A stretch of 63,365 nucleotides of DNA, filler included, from Conidiobolus incongruus B7586 (taxonomy: Eukaryota), in NCBI GenBank assembly GCA_000697335.1. It is 7 parts of 7 records of this genome, joined end to end, with 100 filler letters (N's around TTAATTAATTAA, not from the genome) between each part and the next. Parts side by side here need not be neighbours in the genome. Positions count along the whole stretch, not along the records: positions 32,123 to 49,475 come from JNEM01006326.1; positions 49,576 to 57,349 come from JNEM01006327.1; 5 more parts are not named here. One strand, given 5' to 3'. Positions within the stretch are counted from its first letter, which is position 1; the number at the start of each line of letters is the position of its first letter. A program made the translations under genes and the position numbers. The notes beneath the pieces are model-generated. The model saw only the letters and a list, made by a program, of their open reading frames with translations. It did no database searches and had not been told where the DNA came from. Shown here piece after piece: positions 35,694 to 49,859 of this stretch.

Positions 35694-38600
35694 AGTATTG
35701 AGAATTGACAGTGTTCTAACGTCTTCAACTTACCTCACTCCATATTTATACCCTCATTTCCATGACATTTGGTGTGACATTCATAAACTCCTTAGGGAAA
35801 AAAATCCCCTTGGATAACATTTAACAAAACAAAAATTAATTTTAAATTGCCAATTTGTTACTCGAAATAAATTATTCCACACATTGACACCTTCTATCAA
35901 GTTTATTGTAAAAATTGAATATTTGACATCAACTGCAACTTTCGACCTAAATTACGTAGTACAGATTACTATTCCAACCAATCACATCCTTAAATGAATA
36001 CCATTACCATCACATCTGTAACTTTTTCAACCGAAATTGAAAGATCGTGTGAAACAACATGTGCTGATTTCATTAATGTTACCAAAAAACCTTCAAATTT
36101 CTGTAGCCTAATCAAATTTCAGCCCTATTTTATTGCTTTGTTAACGCCCGATCTAACCTCGTTTAAAGGACGAGGGAATATCCTAAAGGGAGTGGAATTA
36201 TTTTATGCTTGAATCTCTGGATTTTTTTGGTGATTATATAAAATAACTAATACCGTTAAATTTCACTATGTTTGAAATTAAAGAAAAAATAATACTAAAA
36301 TTTACTAAATATTATTAATTTTTATAGTGGTAAAAAATTAGATGAATAAAAAATGTTACTCATTAAATAAAACATTACTAGAAGTATGATAATTCTAAAT
36401 GATATTTTTTCATAATATTCTTTATTCTTCAGAAAGTTTAAATATTTGTAACATTTAAAAGAATTAATCTGAGCTAGACAGTCTCCATTTAATTATTGAA
36501 TCTAATATTTAAGAATTAGAGTTTGTTACCAATAATAAAGATATTTCTTAGGATCTTATACTAATTTTAAAAATCTGGATTTTGGATAATATTCAAGGAG
36601 TTATTGTAATGAGTATTGTTTATTTTTGAAATTGATAATGTGGTCAAATTTTCAATACACTATTACTCTTAGTGCCTAAACAACTATCATCCAAAAATTT
36701 TGATTTTAATCAATTCTAAATCCCATAGTTTTTTCCAATTCATTTGATAACTATTTAAATTAACGTTCTGCATCGATCCAAATAATATTATATCAATAAC
36801 CAATGAATAAAATAAATATATATTAAATAGCGATTTCCGATATAAATAAATTATAAGAGGCTATAGATTTAACAGGAGAAAGTAATAATCAAAATTTTTT
36901 TAAAATATATCAATCTTAATAGAATATAATTGAATACTTTTTTCTACACAACATTATCAATTTAATTGCTGAAACCAGTTTATCAACTATTATTAATATT
37001 TCAGAAACTTTAAATAAAAATGAGTAATAATAATATTAATAGCTCTATATTTTCAAATGTAATTGTAATATTTTAGATATATAACTGATAACTCTAATCA
37101 TTCATATTGTAATTATATTCATTTTTTGAATGAAAAGTAATAATAACTTTGACCTAGTATTAAAATACACTTATGGTGAAGTTAGATTAACTCATACCAG
37201 ATTGCATGCCTCAAAAGCTGACGATTTCATAACTTTAGAAGAACTAATTGACGAAGTAATTTCCAATTATTCTTAATATCACTGAATAATAACGGTATGA
37301 ATTTAGAAAACTTTAAAAAACAACTACAACTACCACATTTATATTGGATTTGGTTTTGGTTTGGTTTTTAATATTTGTTCCCAACCATTGCAGTTTATGC
37401 TTAGCTGAGAGTGGGAGTTGCGACAATGTACTCCTAGATTAATCATATAGTTTATTTATTAATATATTGAAATAGTTTGGATTTTGTCAATAATCTAAAA
37501 ATGGAATATTAATAAGACCTAAATCGAGATCTTGGGAAATCGTACACTGTAAATTAATGTTGATAATTTATGATAGATTCGTTAGGGTTGTGATAGGGTC
37601 TCCCGATTTGGTAATGCTATATCGTTTAATATTCTGATAGTTTATTTTAATATATAGTGATATAGTTTTTGCAAGATTGGGGATTATTAGAAAATGTAAC
37701 CACTAATATTTATGCAATCAACTCAATTGACCATCCTTAATTTTTAATTAGATGATCTGCTTTCAAGACTTTCCAGTATTACTGTCGCCACCTATCCGTT
37801 ACCAAACAGAGATTCAACTAGAACTTAAAAAACCTTGGAAAGTTTATTAGTTCCTGAAACAGTTTTTAAATGTTTGTTTAATCATGATTTCAGTACCTTT
37901 AAAGTAATTTTTATATTAATTCTTTAATGATTATTGTTAATTGATATTAAGTTCAACTCATTTACAGTATTCCGAATTCTAATGGATTGTTCCCGTACAA
38001 TGGTATTAATTGCTTGGGCCATAAGTTGAAATTGTTGCTCAAAGACAAGAATTTGAAGGATCTTAAGAAGGTGTCAATACCTTATGCTGTAAATATACTC
38101 ATATCAAAGCTATTAAAATCTAAATTAATTATTGTAGATTTCAAGTTTGCGTAAAATGACACCTAATTATATTTATCAATTCATCCAAATGCTATTTTGT
38201 GTGGATAAAACAGGTATCAATTATAAAATTATTTTCCCATCTGTTCAATTTGTTTAAAAATTTTTATATGGCATAGATATGGTAAAACTATTCAATAACT
38301 GTGAATTGATTGGAGACTAACTTGTTTTATTAGGTTAATAACTATCCGTTTCTTAACAGATCATACTACAATGACAACAATAAGCACTATTTCTATCAAT
38401 ATAATAACATTAGCGATCGCAACTTATATCCCACGAAATTAATTATAATTGATCATACTGAAAAGTCAGTACTTGACTGTTTCTACGTTATTATTTACAA
38501 TCTCAGCGTTTCAGCATGGTAAATCCATCATATGTTCTACGCAATTTGCTACTAGCTCTATTCTAGGGGCTATGCTAATTCCCCATCCAAAACCATCAAA

Positions 38601-39823
38601 AATTAAAAATTGGGTGTTAAATTCAAATTTGAAAATTTCCCTACAGTAATCCCATTCGAATATCCCCCAAACAATACCATAATAATTAGCCTTGGACCTT
38701 TAACGAATTTAAAACTTGGGAAAAGTAGGAATCTTATTCCAATTCTTTTAATATAAATACAATAATTAAAAAGACTAAAATTTAGTATTATATTCAAAAA
38801 TAGAACTAATGAACTATAATATCAGTTAATATAACTGTTTATTAATTATTGCCTATTACTGAAATATTTAATCTTGAATTTTATTGATAAAAATGACTCA
38901 AAATATTATATATTATTGATAACAATATTTCAATAAAAATTACATTAATTTGAATATTGTTCCAAATTTGAAATGGATATTATTAGATATAATAATTTAT
39001 TATAATATCGATTAATAATTATATATTTGAAAATTTTATTTATTTTTGAAAAAATAATTTTATTATATAATGTTTATGAAAATTTATAATTTAGTATTTT
39101 ACTATTAAATGATCAAAATTATAATATTTGACCATATGTTTATTTAGTACCTATTTTTATTTTCAATTTGATAAATATTTTAAATTGATTCTATTTATAT
39201 TGAGTAATGTTTGACACTTAAATTGGGCTGGAATGAAAATAAATTGAATAATGTTATAAAATTTAAGTCAGGTAAAGGTAATTTTTTAACTTGATATGCT
39301 ATTCTAATCAATTTCAATCTGTGAATTTTCAATAATATGATTAAAAGCTTAAAATATTCTTTGAATCATGTTTTGAAATGTTACCATTTATTATAATATT
39401 TCCGAAATTTTTAATATTAAGACTTTTGATTATATTAATTTGAAATATTTATTAAACATTAAAACATATAATTTTAAATATTTAAAAGTAAAAATTACTT
39501 CTTATACCTTTTTTATTATATTATTATATATTTCACAATACGATAAATCTAATAATCATATTATCCAACTTCTTTGATTTATCATTTTGATCTTTTTATC
39601 CATAATATTTTAACTAAATAAAAATATAAATCAAAGTTATATATAAGAATATAATTGAAAAACAATGTTGTTAAATATATAAGATTAATAACTTTGAATA
39701 TTTAAATAATTATTTAAACATATTTTAGATATTTATTTTTTTCAATAATATATCTTTTTTTGACAAAATATCAAATATATAGGAAAAAATAATAATTTAG
39801 AATTCAAATATATAGTTTATATT

Positions 39824-40209
39824 TGTAAGCATAGTGATAAAGTACCAATATAGTACAGAGGAAGACTTAATATAAAAGTAGCGTGGCACGAAATGTGACA
39901 ATATAGGGTGGAAATGTAAACAAAGTTTAATTAAGCTTCGAACTACAATGAGTCACTGATATATTAAGATTTATATTAGGTGGTGCCAATATACTATAAT
40001 ATTGACAGAATATAGTCTTAATTTTAGAAGTAATAAAAAAGTAATAAATAGTAAGAATTGAGAGAAAAAGAGGAACCTAGTTTATTAGATAATTCAATAT
40101 TATTTATATAATTAATTCAACCATAAAAGTATAAATTAATCATATAATTTATAGTTAATTGAATTATATAGAAGTATATATAAGAATTTAGAGAACTAGT
40201 CTCTTAACA
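39824..40209 (-). mobile_element. Solo Gypsy LTR (386 bp), least-mutated copy of the family
   Basis: TGTAAG...TTAACA termini with a perfect 5-bp ATATT duplication. Homologous to 5951-6350 and 1073-4618. Confidence 0.85.
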
Positions 40210-41613
40210 ATATTATAAATAATAATATAAAAATATAATTTGAATTGTTATTGTTATATTTCATATTGCAATATAATATTATTAATATATAAAATAATTT
40301 TGAATTAATGATTGATTTTATATATTATAAGATATGATATATAATGCTATTATTGTATATTATTGGTTATATAACTATAAAAAAATGGCTAACAATGACT
40401 TAAATTATTAATAATAAATCAATGGATAGTACTATTTATATTTAAATATTTAATTATATTTAATAATTTAAACATTAAAAGCTTTTAAAATTAATGCAAA
40501 AACTAGAATATATATTGAAACTTAAATATTTATGTAAAAAAGCATTATATAATATTATATAATACATATTCTATCATTAATTAATTGAAATATTAAAGCT
40601 TAAATTTGAAACATTTTTTATCATAGTGTTTCTTTAATAATGAGTAATAATCTAAAATGTTCAAAATTTATAACTATTTGATTCAGAATTAATTTAGTCA
40701 CATTTGTTTAATCAATAGTTAAAAAACTTTATAAATCACAATCAATTTATTAATACAATGTAAAATATATGAATAATATATCTATTAATAAAAATTGAAT
40801 AGGGATCTAATCAATTATTACTACTCAATTTCCGCACTAATATCAACAAACTGTAATATTCTATGTTGGAGTATTCAAATATATTTTTTGATAAGGATTG
40901 GTTTTATTAAACACTTCAAAAGTATCAATTTAACAATGTACAGTATATGTAAAATGTAGGCACCAAATTTAGATCACTCTAAAATAAAAATAATAATAGT
41001 TTAACCCATTTTACTATAAATTATTGATGTGTACACTCAATTGTCCCAAATTTCATACATACATCTGATGATAAAACAAGTAAAATTTTTAGATTTTTTG
41101 AAGTTATAAATCAAAAAAATGTAATTCCCTATTTGGTTTTAAATATTGGTAAAAATAATAAGAAAATTATATATAATATAAAGTGGAGAATTATTAGATA
41201 TACTTTAATTTCTTGCTAAAGTTTATATATAGGTAGATTTGTACAATTGTAAGTCACGGTAATTTTTAATATTTCATATTAATAATAATAAAAATATCAT
41301 TTTTATATTTTATTTTAAACATATACTCTATTATAGATCTTTAAAATTCATTTAATAATATCACAATTTCTTTGAAGTGTTTTAGTAATCATGACAATTA
41401 ATTCAAACATTTCAAAATTATCCAAATAAACTTGATTAATCCAGGAACAAATAAAATTCCTTATAAATAGCTACTAGAAAATGGATGACATCACAAATCT
41501 CATAGAATACCCCTTATTCAAAATTGTTATAATAAGAACCTGAGGTATAAAAATAAATTGAACAGTGTTATTCTAATAATTTTTGAACAATACTGACACT
41601 AAAAATAGCAGAG

Positions 41614-42955
41614 ATGAAATTATTATATTATTTGGTTGTTAGTTATTTAAACGCTTTCTACTTCAGTAAGAAAAAGCTTATCACGTAAATCTTTTATTCA
41701 GATAAATATTTATCATTATATTTATTATACTGAGTATAGTATCGACTTGGAAGAGTTACCATATCCCGCCACTAACAACAAAGATGTGAAACCTAAGTCT
41801 GTGCTGGAAGAAATGAAGATGAAGTTTCAAATTCAAAAGAACTCAGTGGAGTTGGATGTTCTCAATATTAAAAAGCACCCTAAGCAGCCTTTGACCAATT
41901 CTCACAATATTCAAGTAACCTGATAATTTAATATAATTATAATAACATTATTATTAATGGTCGTTAGTATATTGCCAATATCGAAATTGGAACACCTCCT
42001 CAACAGTTCAAGGTGGCTTTGGATACTTTGTCCAATCCATTGTGGGTGACTTCGAGTGAGTGTTACGATTATGCTGAATGCTTCTTACACCCCAAATTCG
42101 ATCATACTAAGAGTAAAACTTACGAACCGATCGCTAAAGATAGCTACTCGAGGAGGAATTTGTACTATGCTTATGTAAATTTGGGACAGGTATTTTATAT
42201 TTTATCCATTATTATTGATTATTAATATGGTTTAGGACCGAGTCAAATTGGGTAAATTGGATTTTGAGGATATGGTATTTGGAGCTGCTTACTTCAGATA
42301 TATTACAAATCATTTGCCCACCCATGTGGATGGTGTCCTCGGATTGGGATTAGGAGAATCCGAGGAGGATGTGAATGATCGATCCACGTTGTTAGGACTC
42401 ATCAAGGATCAAGGAATGGATCCCATCTTCTCGCTCTATCTCACCAACAAGAGAGGATCTGATCGCGGCGGTGCACTAGTACTTGGAGGTTACAATCACA
42501 AACACTTTAAAAAACCATTACGCTGGTACCCATTAAGCAACCCTAAGGAGTGGGCAGTAAATATCAACAGCATCAAACTCCAAGACGAAGAGCTTGAACT
42601 GGAGGAAACTTCCGCAATCTTCGACATTGCCTTACCCTACATCGAAATCAATCCAATCGTTGCCGAGCTCCTCAACAAACAGATCGGTGGTCAACTCAAA
42701 GATCCTTACGGACCCTATTTCTTCAACTGCTCCACCATTGACAGCTTGCCCAGCGTCCAATTCAAATTGGGCGATGATTACTACGAAATGACACCCGATG
42801 ATTATATTTTGGAGTCTTACGATCAATGTATTTCCATCATTCAGCCAATTAGATCTCAGGGTAACAGTCAATGGGTATTGGGTAACCGATTTTTAAAGAA
42901 ATATTACAGTGTTTTTGATGCAAAGAATTTGAGAGTTGGATTGGCTAAAATTTAA
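41614..42955 (+). CDS. Pepsin-family (A1) aspartic protease homologue with degenerate catalytic motifs, 4 coding exons
   Basis: Hydrophobic N-terminus, YIANIEIGTPPQQFKVALDTLS, DGVLGLG, FSLYL, AIFDIALPYI and WVLGNRFLKKYYSVFD..RVGLA. Introns at about 41685-41739, 41916-41967 and 42190-42236. Confidence 0.88.
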
Positions 42956-43796
42956 GGTTATTATGATTATTGTTATTAATAAATTTAACCTATGGATATT
43001 TTATTAACTAATAATTCAATCAATTAACCAAAATAGTCCGAAATATTGTTGATTTATCAAATTTCACTATACATGTCGTCATTTTCATCAATTTCAAATC
43101 AATATCAAAACTAAGTATATTGGTAATTATGAACTGAGGATTAAAAGTTTAGACAGTTAATGAGATATAAATATCAGAATTCAAATGTTAAAAATATAAT
43201 CAATTCGGTACTAAAAAAATAATAATCTGTATAATAAAAACTAATTGTTACAATAGTAACCTAATTCTATTGAATTATATACCCTGTAATATTGTAATTT
43301 AATTCAAATGTGATAATATTTTTTTAATATATCATTGTACCATTTATATTGAAATCTCAATTTCATATATTGAGAGTATTGATAAAATAATAAAATTATT
43401 ATATAATTAATATGCAAAATTTGGGAGTATATATATTTGGACAATAATAAATATACTATATATCTTATTGATGTAAATATGAAAAATATATACTAAACAA
43501 AAATTTTATTCAATAGTATTAAAATCTTAATTAGAAATATCTTTGAGAATAAATACAATCCCATAATTTTCCAAGTGAAAAATTAATATCTATAAGTTTT
43601 TCTCCATTATAATTTATTATAAAATAAAAAAGAGAAGATCAAGTATTTATTAAATATTCAAAACAAACAAACATAAAATAATAATTATCAAATATTCAAT
43701 AATTTAATTCTTCTTTTTTTTTTCAATATTTTGTTATTTATTATTTGCTTTGAATTTTATAGATTTTGAAAAAAATCCATTTAGATCTTATCCACA

Positions 43797-44627
43797 ATGT
43801 TATCAAGAGCTGCTCATCTCACTGCCAAAGCCCTATGTCGCAGCGGCATCAACTTACAAGCAAGCACCTTGAACAAAAAAGGACTTCAGCTTATTTTAAC
43901 CCAGAATAAAACTACCAAAAAGACACCTGTTAGAACTACTAAACCTACTTTAACTCAAACTGTTGTCTCAGAAATGAGTTCAGAAGCTCCCGAAGGTGTC
44001 AGTGCCGAATTTTACGAAACTTACTATAATACCTTTAACAAAATTGCTAAACCTTATTATGAAAATGTAGTGATTAAGCATTCTGAACTCAACAGTCTTT
44101 TATTGAAGGTCACCACTAAGGAAGAATTGGCTTTAATGCCTTCCCTTATTGAACACTGGAGACGTCGTCAATTACCTTCTGCCGGGTTCGTTACCCGTTA
44201 TACATTTTGGAAACTTGAAGAACTCGAAAGTCCCGATGTCGGGTTCCAATTGTTGGCCGATCGCCACAGCTACGGCTTATTCCCCTTGACTAGAGAATTT
44301 AACAGAGTTTTGAATGCTTATTCCAAGCAATTGAAAACTCTCGAAGCTAACGAACAATTGGACGAAGCCGCTTGCAAAACCATTTTAGAAAAAATGATGA
44401 TGACCTACAGTCTCATATACCAATACGACCAACAGCCCAATCCTGAGACTTACCAAATTTTAATTGAAGCTATTGTCAACTCCCCCTTAAAGGAGAGCTG
44501 GTTTGGTCGTGTCCACCAATTGGTCACCGAAGCTAAATTCCACAAAACTCATTTGGATCCTGTACTCTTATCCAATCTCAAACCCTTATACGAAGAATTA
44601 CGCCCTCAAGCTAGTAATACCATCTAA
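43797..44627 (+). CDS. Mitochondrial helical-repeat (PPR-like) protein, mS27/PTCD2-like
   Basis: Basic, acid-free N-terminal presequence (MLSRAAHLTAKALCRS). YGLFP..FN and QPNPETYQILI resemble PPR motifs. The family call is from memory, not a search. Confidence 0.6.
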   Translation: MLSRAAHLTAKALCRSGINLQASTLNKKGLQLILTQNKTTKKTPVRTTKPTLTQTVVSEMSSEAPEGVSAEFYETYYNTFNKIAKPYYENVVIKHSELNSLLLKVTTKEELALMPSLIEHWRRRQLPSAGFVTRYTFWKLEELESPDVGFQLLADRHSYGLFPLTREFNRVLNAYSKQLKTLEANEQLDEAACKTILEKMMMTYSLIYQYDQQPNPETYQILIEAIVNSPLKESWFGRVHQLVTEAKFHKTHLDPVLLSNLKPLYEELRPQASNTI

Positions 44628-45149
44628 TTTTGAATAAATTATATATATAATATATGATAATCATCTGGATTATTATTAGCCTTTTTGAATTATATATATT
44701 CTATAATTGTTCAATAATTAAATTTATAACTAATAGATTTCAAATCATAAAATTTAATATTTAACAAATATTATTACAATTTAATAATATCTTGATTATT
44801 AATTGAATATTTATAACTATTTTTTAAATTTTTAAACTAATTCTAAATTATTTTTCTAATAATTTAAAACATTTTTTTCCCTTTTTAAATATATTAAAAT
44901 TAAAATAATTTAAATAATTATTTTTATAAATTATATTATAATTAAAATTTTAATTATAAAAATTTTAATAATTAAATAAATAAAAAAAGAGTTATTTATT
45001 AAATTTTAAAATAATATAATTGAATTTAAAATTTTATAATTTATATATATTTGTCAAAGATCTTTAATTGGTCATCAAATTAAGTGTATAGGTAATAATG
45101 TCAGATTCCAAGTATTTTTTTTTCATAAAGGTTATAATATCCATGAAAT

Positions 45150-46200
45150 TCATTCTCAAGAACAACAAGGCATTTGCACAAGCGTTCAAATCTTGCTGAA
45201 TGTAGTACAACTACCAGCACTGACAAATATTTGGAACCAATTTACTTACGAAAGAAGTCCCATGAAATCCATCGCGAGTGGCGTTAGTGTGCATCGGCCA
45301 TTTTGTACTTCGAAGCCATTCGGACATATAGATGGTCTTGCTGGGAGTGTAGCTGTGGTTGTGAATGAAGCTGGAATAGGTTTATTGGGAGATGGTAGAA
45401 GTGCTATTGGTATAGTAGTTGGGGATGTTTGAGTATTAATGGATGGCACACTATAACTTCATCTTGGATAAGTATATCAATAATTAGCACCTTTGATGTC
45501 GAAGGTAGGAAAAACTGAAACGCTATGGGTTGGTAATCTGTTCCCATCTATATTGTTTAGATAATTTCTATCCATACTGGGATGACGTTGTTGAAACTCC
45601 CACCTAACCAAATCGATAAACGCATGATGAATCCAAAAATATTGAGTCTTTTGTTTAGTATATTTGACTCTAGCGCTATTATCTCCACTAATGCCCATGT
45701 GCGCCAAAGCATGGCCAGTGCTTTCAATCTCCTTTCTGAATCTATTGTAAGTATCCTTATTCTTTAAAAAATTCTCCAAAGCTTGAACGATATCCATACA
45801 GGAATATATGAACTAACAGGAAATTATTGGCTCACGCACCCGGAACTGGAACCGGATACTTACCAACCTGTAAATGTACCCTTTTCAATACATCCACCAT
45901 CGTCATTACTACCACCATTGTGTCCCATAATGCTGAGGTAGAGCATTGCAATCTTTTCGAGAGCATGCGAACCTTGGATCCGATACCAATAAGGTAGCAT
46001 TATTGCAGGATCTACCCTCTGCAACACCTTCTCATACTCTCTGACGAATTTGCGATATCAAACGAAGGTCCTTAGAGACCTGTGCACTCAATTTCTGAAA
46101 TTTTAATAGGTGTTATTTCCTTGTTGACTATACGATGCTTTAATCGCATTGTGGAATAGATTCCTTTGCGCTTGCCTTATCACCAGGTAGTTGGACCTTA
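45150..46200 (-). pseudogene. Tyrosinase pseudogene (limits approximate)
   Basis: RKFVREYEKVLQRVDPAIMLPYW (post-CuA), HALAHMGISGD and YFWIHHAFID (CuB), YTY motif. In-frame stops and broken frames. Confidence 0.78.
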
Positions 46201-48293
46201 TTCAAATGTCATTGAGACATCTAGCTTAAGTCCATGTCACCGATATCAATATAGATGTAATATATGTGATAAAGAATTTTATATATGAATTCAATAAAAA
46301 TATCCAGTAATAAATAGATAACTTTGAGTATTCAATGTGGAAATCAACTAGAAATTAATCATTCATTTAAATGCCCCAAATTATATACTTAAAGAAATCC
46401 CAATTTTTTGGTTAGATATTGAATTTGCATATACCTTTTACTCGATTTGATTTAACGTAAATAAAACGCTAACCTTTTTCTAATTATATATTCATTGAGT
46501 TATTTTTGGCAGGATAAATTCTAGATTGTCATTGTTGATATTTTATTTGTCAGTCTCCTAACTGTATGGACTTGAATAGTGTTGGAATTGATATGTAAGA
46601 GTTTTGGCCATTGGATTAAACGTGGTATTTTAAACTAATTACCTATATTGGAAGTATATTTCATTTTTTAGTTAAAAATTTGAGGATTTTGATATATAAT
46701 TAAATATAATACATCAAAAAGCATTGAGTTTGATAGATTCTTATTTATAAGTCACTACTAATAATGCTACGATAATAATATTGTATTAATATAATAATCC
46801 ATTTTCGTGATTTAATTCAAATATTATCTTTATTATAATATGTTACCAAAATCAAGAAAATTCAAATTAAAAAGTTAAATCAATTGTCACATTTATAAAC
46901 TTACAATATGGGGATAAATAATTTTTATAATTATTTCATCTATTATAACCAAATAATTTGAATTTATATTTCCAAAAATTACCCTGTTAAGATATTAAGA
47001 ATGTAATTATCCACAAATCAAAGGTAATTGCTAATTTTAAAGTTCTATTTAATGTAAAAATATAAACTCAGATCTCACAATTTTTAATATTCAGATAACT
47101 GAATAAATTAATCTATTTTCATTACACAAATTAGAATCATTCAATCATTAAATTTTAAATTATAATAAATGGATTTGATGATTAAGGTCAATGAATTGAA
47201 TATTAATCATAGTAATAATTGAAATTACAGTAGATTTACAAAAGTTAAAGGGCATTAATAAATTTAATTAGACTAGAATTAAATGAATATGATCAGTAAT
47301 TTGGGATTTTCATTCATAATTCTTTTTTTTTTTTGAAAAATCGATATAATAATATTAATTGATCAAAATGTAAATTATTATTAATTTGTTTTGATTTTTA
47401 TTACATTTTTCTATTATAATAATCAATTAAATATTAGTATTTTTAATTAACAAAATTATCAAGCATGGTAGGTATTTTACCTAATGGCATATTGTGCTGA
47501 TCCTTGACCATCGAAATAAATTTTTTTCTAATCTAATTGAAGCTCTGAAAATGTGCCCTGTTCAAAAACTACATCCAATTGGGATTTTGGTAATCGCGTC
47601 CTACCGAGTGTGCCAGATAAACTTTGCTGAGCAATAATGTTGTCCATCACGTTTTGGACCGCGAGATTAAGTTGGACTAGGGAATTTGTGAAAGCGATAG
47701 GATTCTGTTTAAAAGATCGATATATGATCAACTATTAAATAATGGATGATAATGACTTACCGCCACAGTAGACTGATTTGGAGGAGGAGCAGTAACGTGA
47801 TTGAGAGCATTCCACATCTTTCGGATGGTACTTCTGGATCAACCGACATTACTGGGAATAGAGAACTATCCTAGCTGTTGGAGCCAATATGTCCTTCATA
47901 TCTCGTTATTAAATTTTCAATTCTATTAATAATATATTGTGAATATTGTATTATATCATCATTTTAATTGATGGATTACATTGTTTGGGTGTATGGATTT
48001 TGAGAAGTTTTGTTCTATTTTAAACAATCTTCAGGATTAACCAAAACTTGCACCTAAAAAAAATCAATATTACGAATTTTGAATTATATTTAATAGGGCT
48101 TATGACACAGTGAGTGGTTCCAATAGCTCTGGCTACACAGTACAATCAGTATCTAAACCACTTTATGTGTTTGCAACTGTCTACAATCACCAAAGTCTGC
48201 TTGTTTAGTAATCTCTCAATACTCACTAACAAATTTCCTTTAAATATCTTCTTTGAAGTTGGGATTAAATCTGAAATTAGTAGCTTTTTAATA

Positions 48294-49475
48294 TTACTTT
48301 GTAATTTAAATAATGGGAATTTTTTCAATTGAAAAAAAGTAAACATTTTAATATATAAAAAGTAAAAATAAATATATAATATAAAATTAATAATTTCTTT
48401 TATTTCTAATAACTTTTTGCTATACTTTTAACAAAGATCTAACACCTAAAAAACAATTCTTTTTATTAAAGACTAAAATTTGATGTTTCACAAACTAATT
48501 AAATTTTCCTGTAGAAATTTTCTTTCTTGTAACCTAGTTTTTTAATTGCTTAAAACAATTATAATTACATAGGTTATAATCTAAAGAATATACTAGATAT
48601 GGTAGTTTTTTCCAGTTATTTTTAATTAAAAAGTTTTTTATAATTTTAAATTTATATATTTTACAATTATTATGTAAAATAATAGGTTTTCTTAAATAAT
48701 ATTGAGAATACTAATTAAAAATAGTTTTATTTAAAAAAAATATAAAGTTTATTATTAATTGATTTTCCTTTAAGAATTAAATAAAAATAACATATGCTAC
48801 TATAATTTATTATAATAATTAATATTTACTTATTAATAAAATATTTATTTGAAGGAATTTATAGAGGAGGTTGATTTAACTTAATCTAACACTTTAATTT
48901 ATGTTTTAATAAAAGAGAATATAAAAGAATTTAAGATTTATCAATTATAATAATTTATTATAAAAGCTTTAGTTTCTAGTTATACCTTAGTAAGTTTTAT
49001 TTAATAATAACTACTCTAACTTTGTTTAAGTTTTAGTTAAATTATAAAGTACCTATTTTATATTTTTATTAATTAATTTTAATTTAAACTTTAATATATA
49101 TAAAATACTTATATAACTAATATTAAAGTGTCTTGATAATTTTTTAACTAAAATAAAAAGGTGTTTTTCAATATATTTTTTTTACTTTATTAACAATTAA
49201 AAGAATAATAGTTAAAATTAATCTTTTAGATTTTAATAAGTTTTAAGTAGTTTCTCACTTAATTTTAAAGTAATTTACCTAATAATAAATTGTTAATTTA
49301 GATAATACTTTATTACTAAAAGTTGCTTATAAATTTTAAATGATTTTAGAGGGTTTATGGTTAAGTTTTACTAATATTAAAATAAAAAACTTTTGATGGT
49401 TACTATTTAGTTTAAACATAATTAAATTACATAACTAATTTTAAAAAATTATTTTTTTAATCAAAAAAGTTATTA
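48294..49475 (-). mobile_element. Decayed mariner subfamily 2 element, rearranged centre, truncated by gap
   Basis: TIR ttactttgtaatttaaataatggga at 48294. Segment 49150-49475 is the reverse complement of 56860-57190. Confidence 0.7.
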
Positions 49476-49575
49476 NNNNNNNNNNNNNNNNNNNNNNNNN
49501 NNNNNNNNNNNNNNNNNNNTTAATTAATTAANNNNNNNNNNNNNNNNNNNNNNNNNNNNNNNNNNNNNNNNNNNN

Positions 49576-49859
49576 GCCCCTAAGGGAATGTATGAGCGAA
49601 TGATGGCGTTTCTCAAACTGTTGAAAGGTACATCTAAAGGGATAGCATCGGTTTGTTCCGATTTAATATCTGAGAACGAAAATTTAGAGACGTCAAAAAC
49701 AAGGGAGTATGCGGTAGTAGAGAAGGGTAACTTACCGTTTGCTGCTGCAAGAATTTTTGCGTACGACATCATTGCTTGATTGGGTTGTTTCTGGATATTC
49801 GGATCCGGGGGTGTCGGGGGGGCTATCTTCCTAGCCGGGTCCTCGTTGATAGAGGGCAT
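49576..49859 (-). mobile_element. 5' portion of a probable non-LTR (LINE/L1-like) ORF1, truncated by gap
   Basis: PPTPPDP and SYAKIL motifs typical of LINE ORF1 N-termini. GC-rich, abuts a gap, A-tracts in the leader. Confidence 0.45.
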
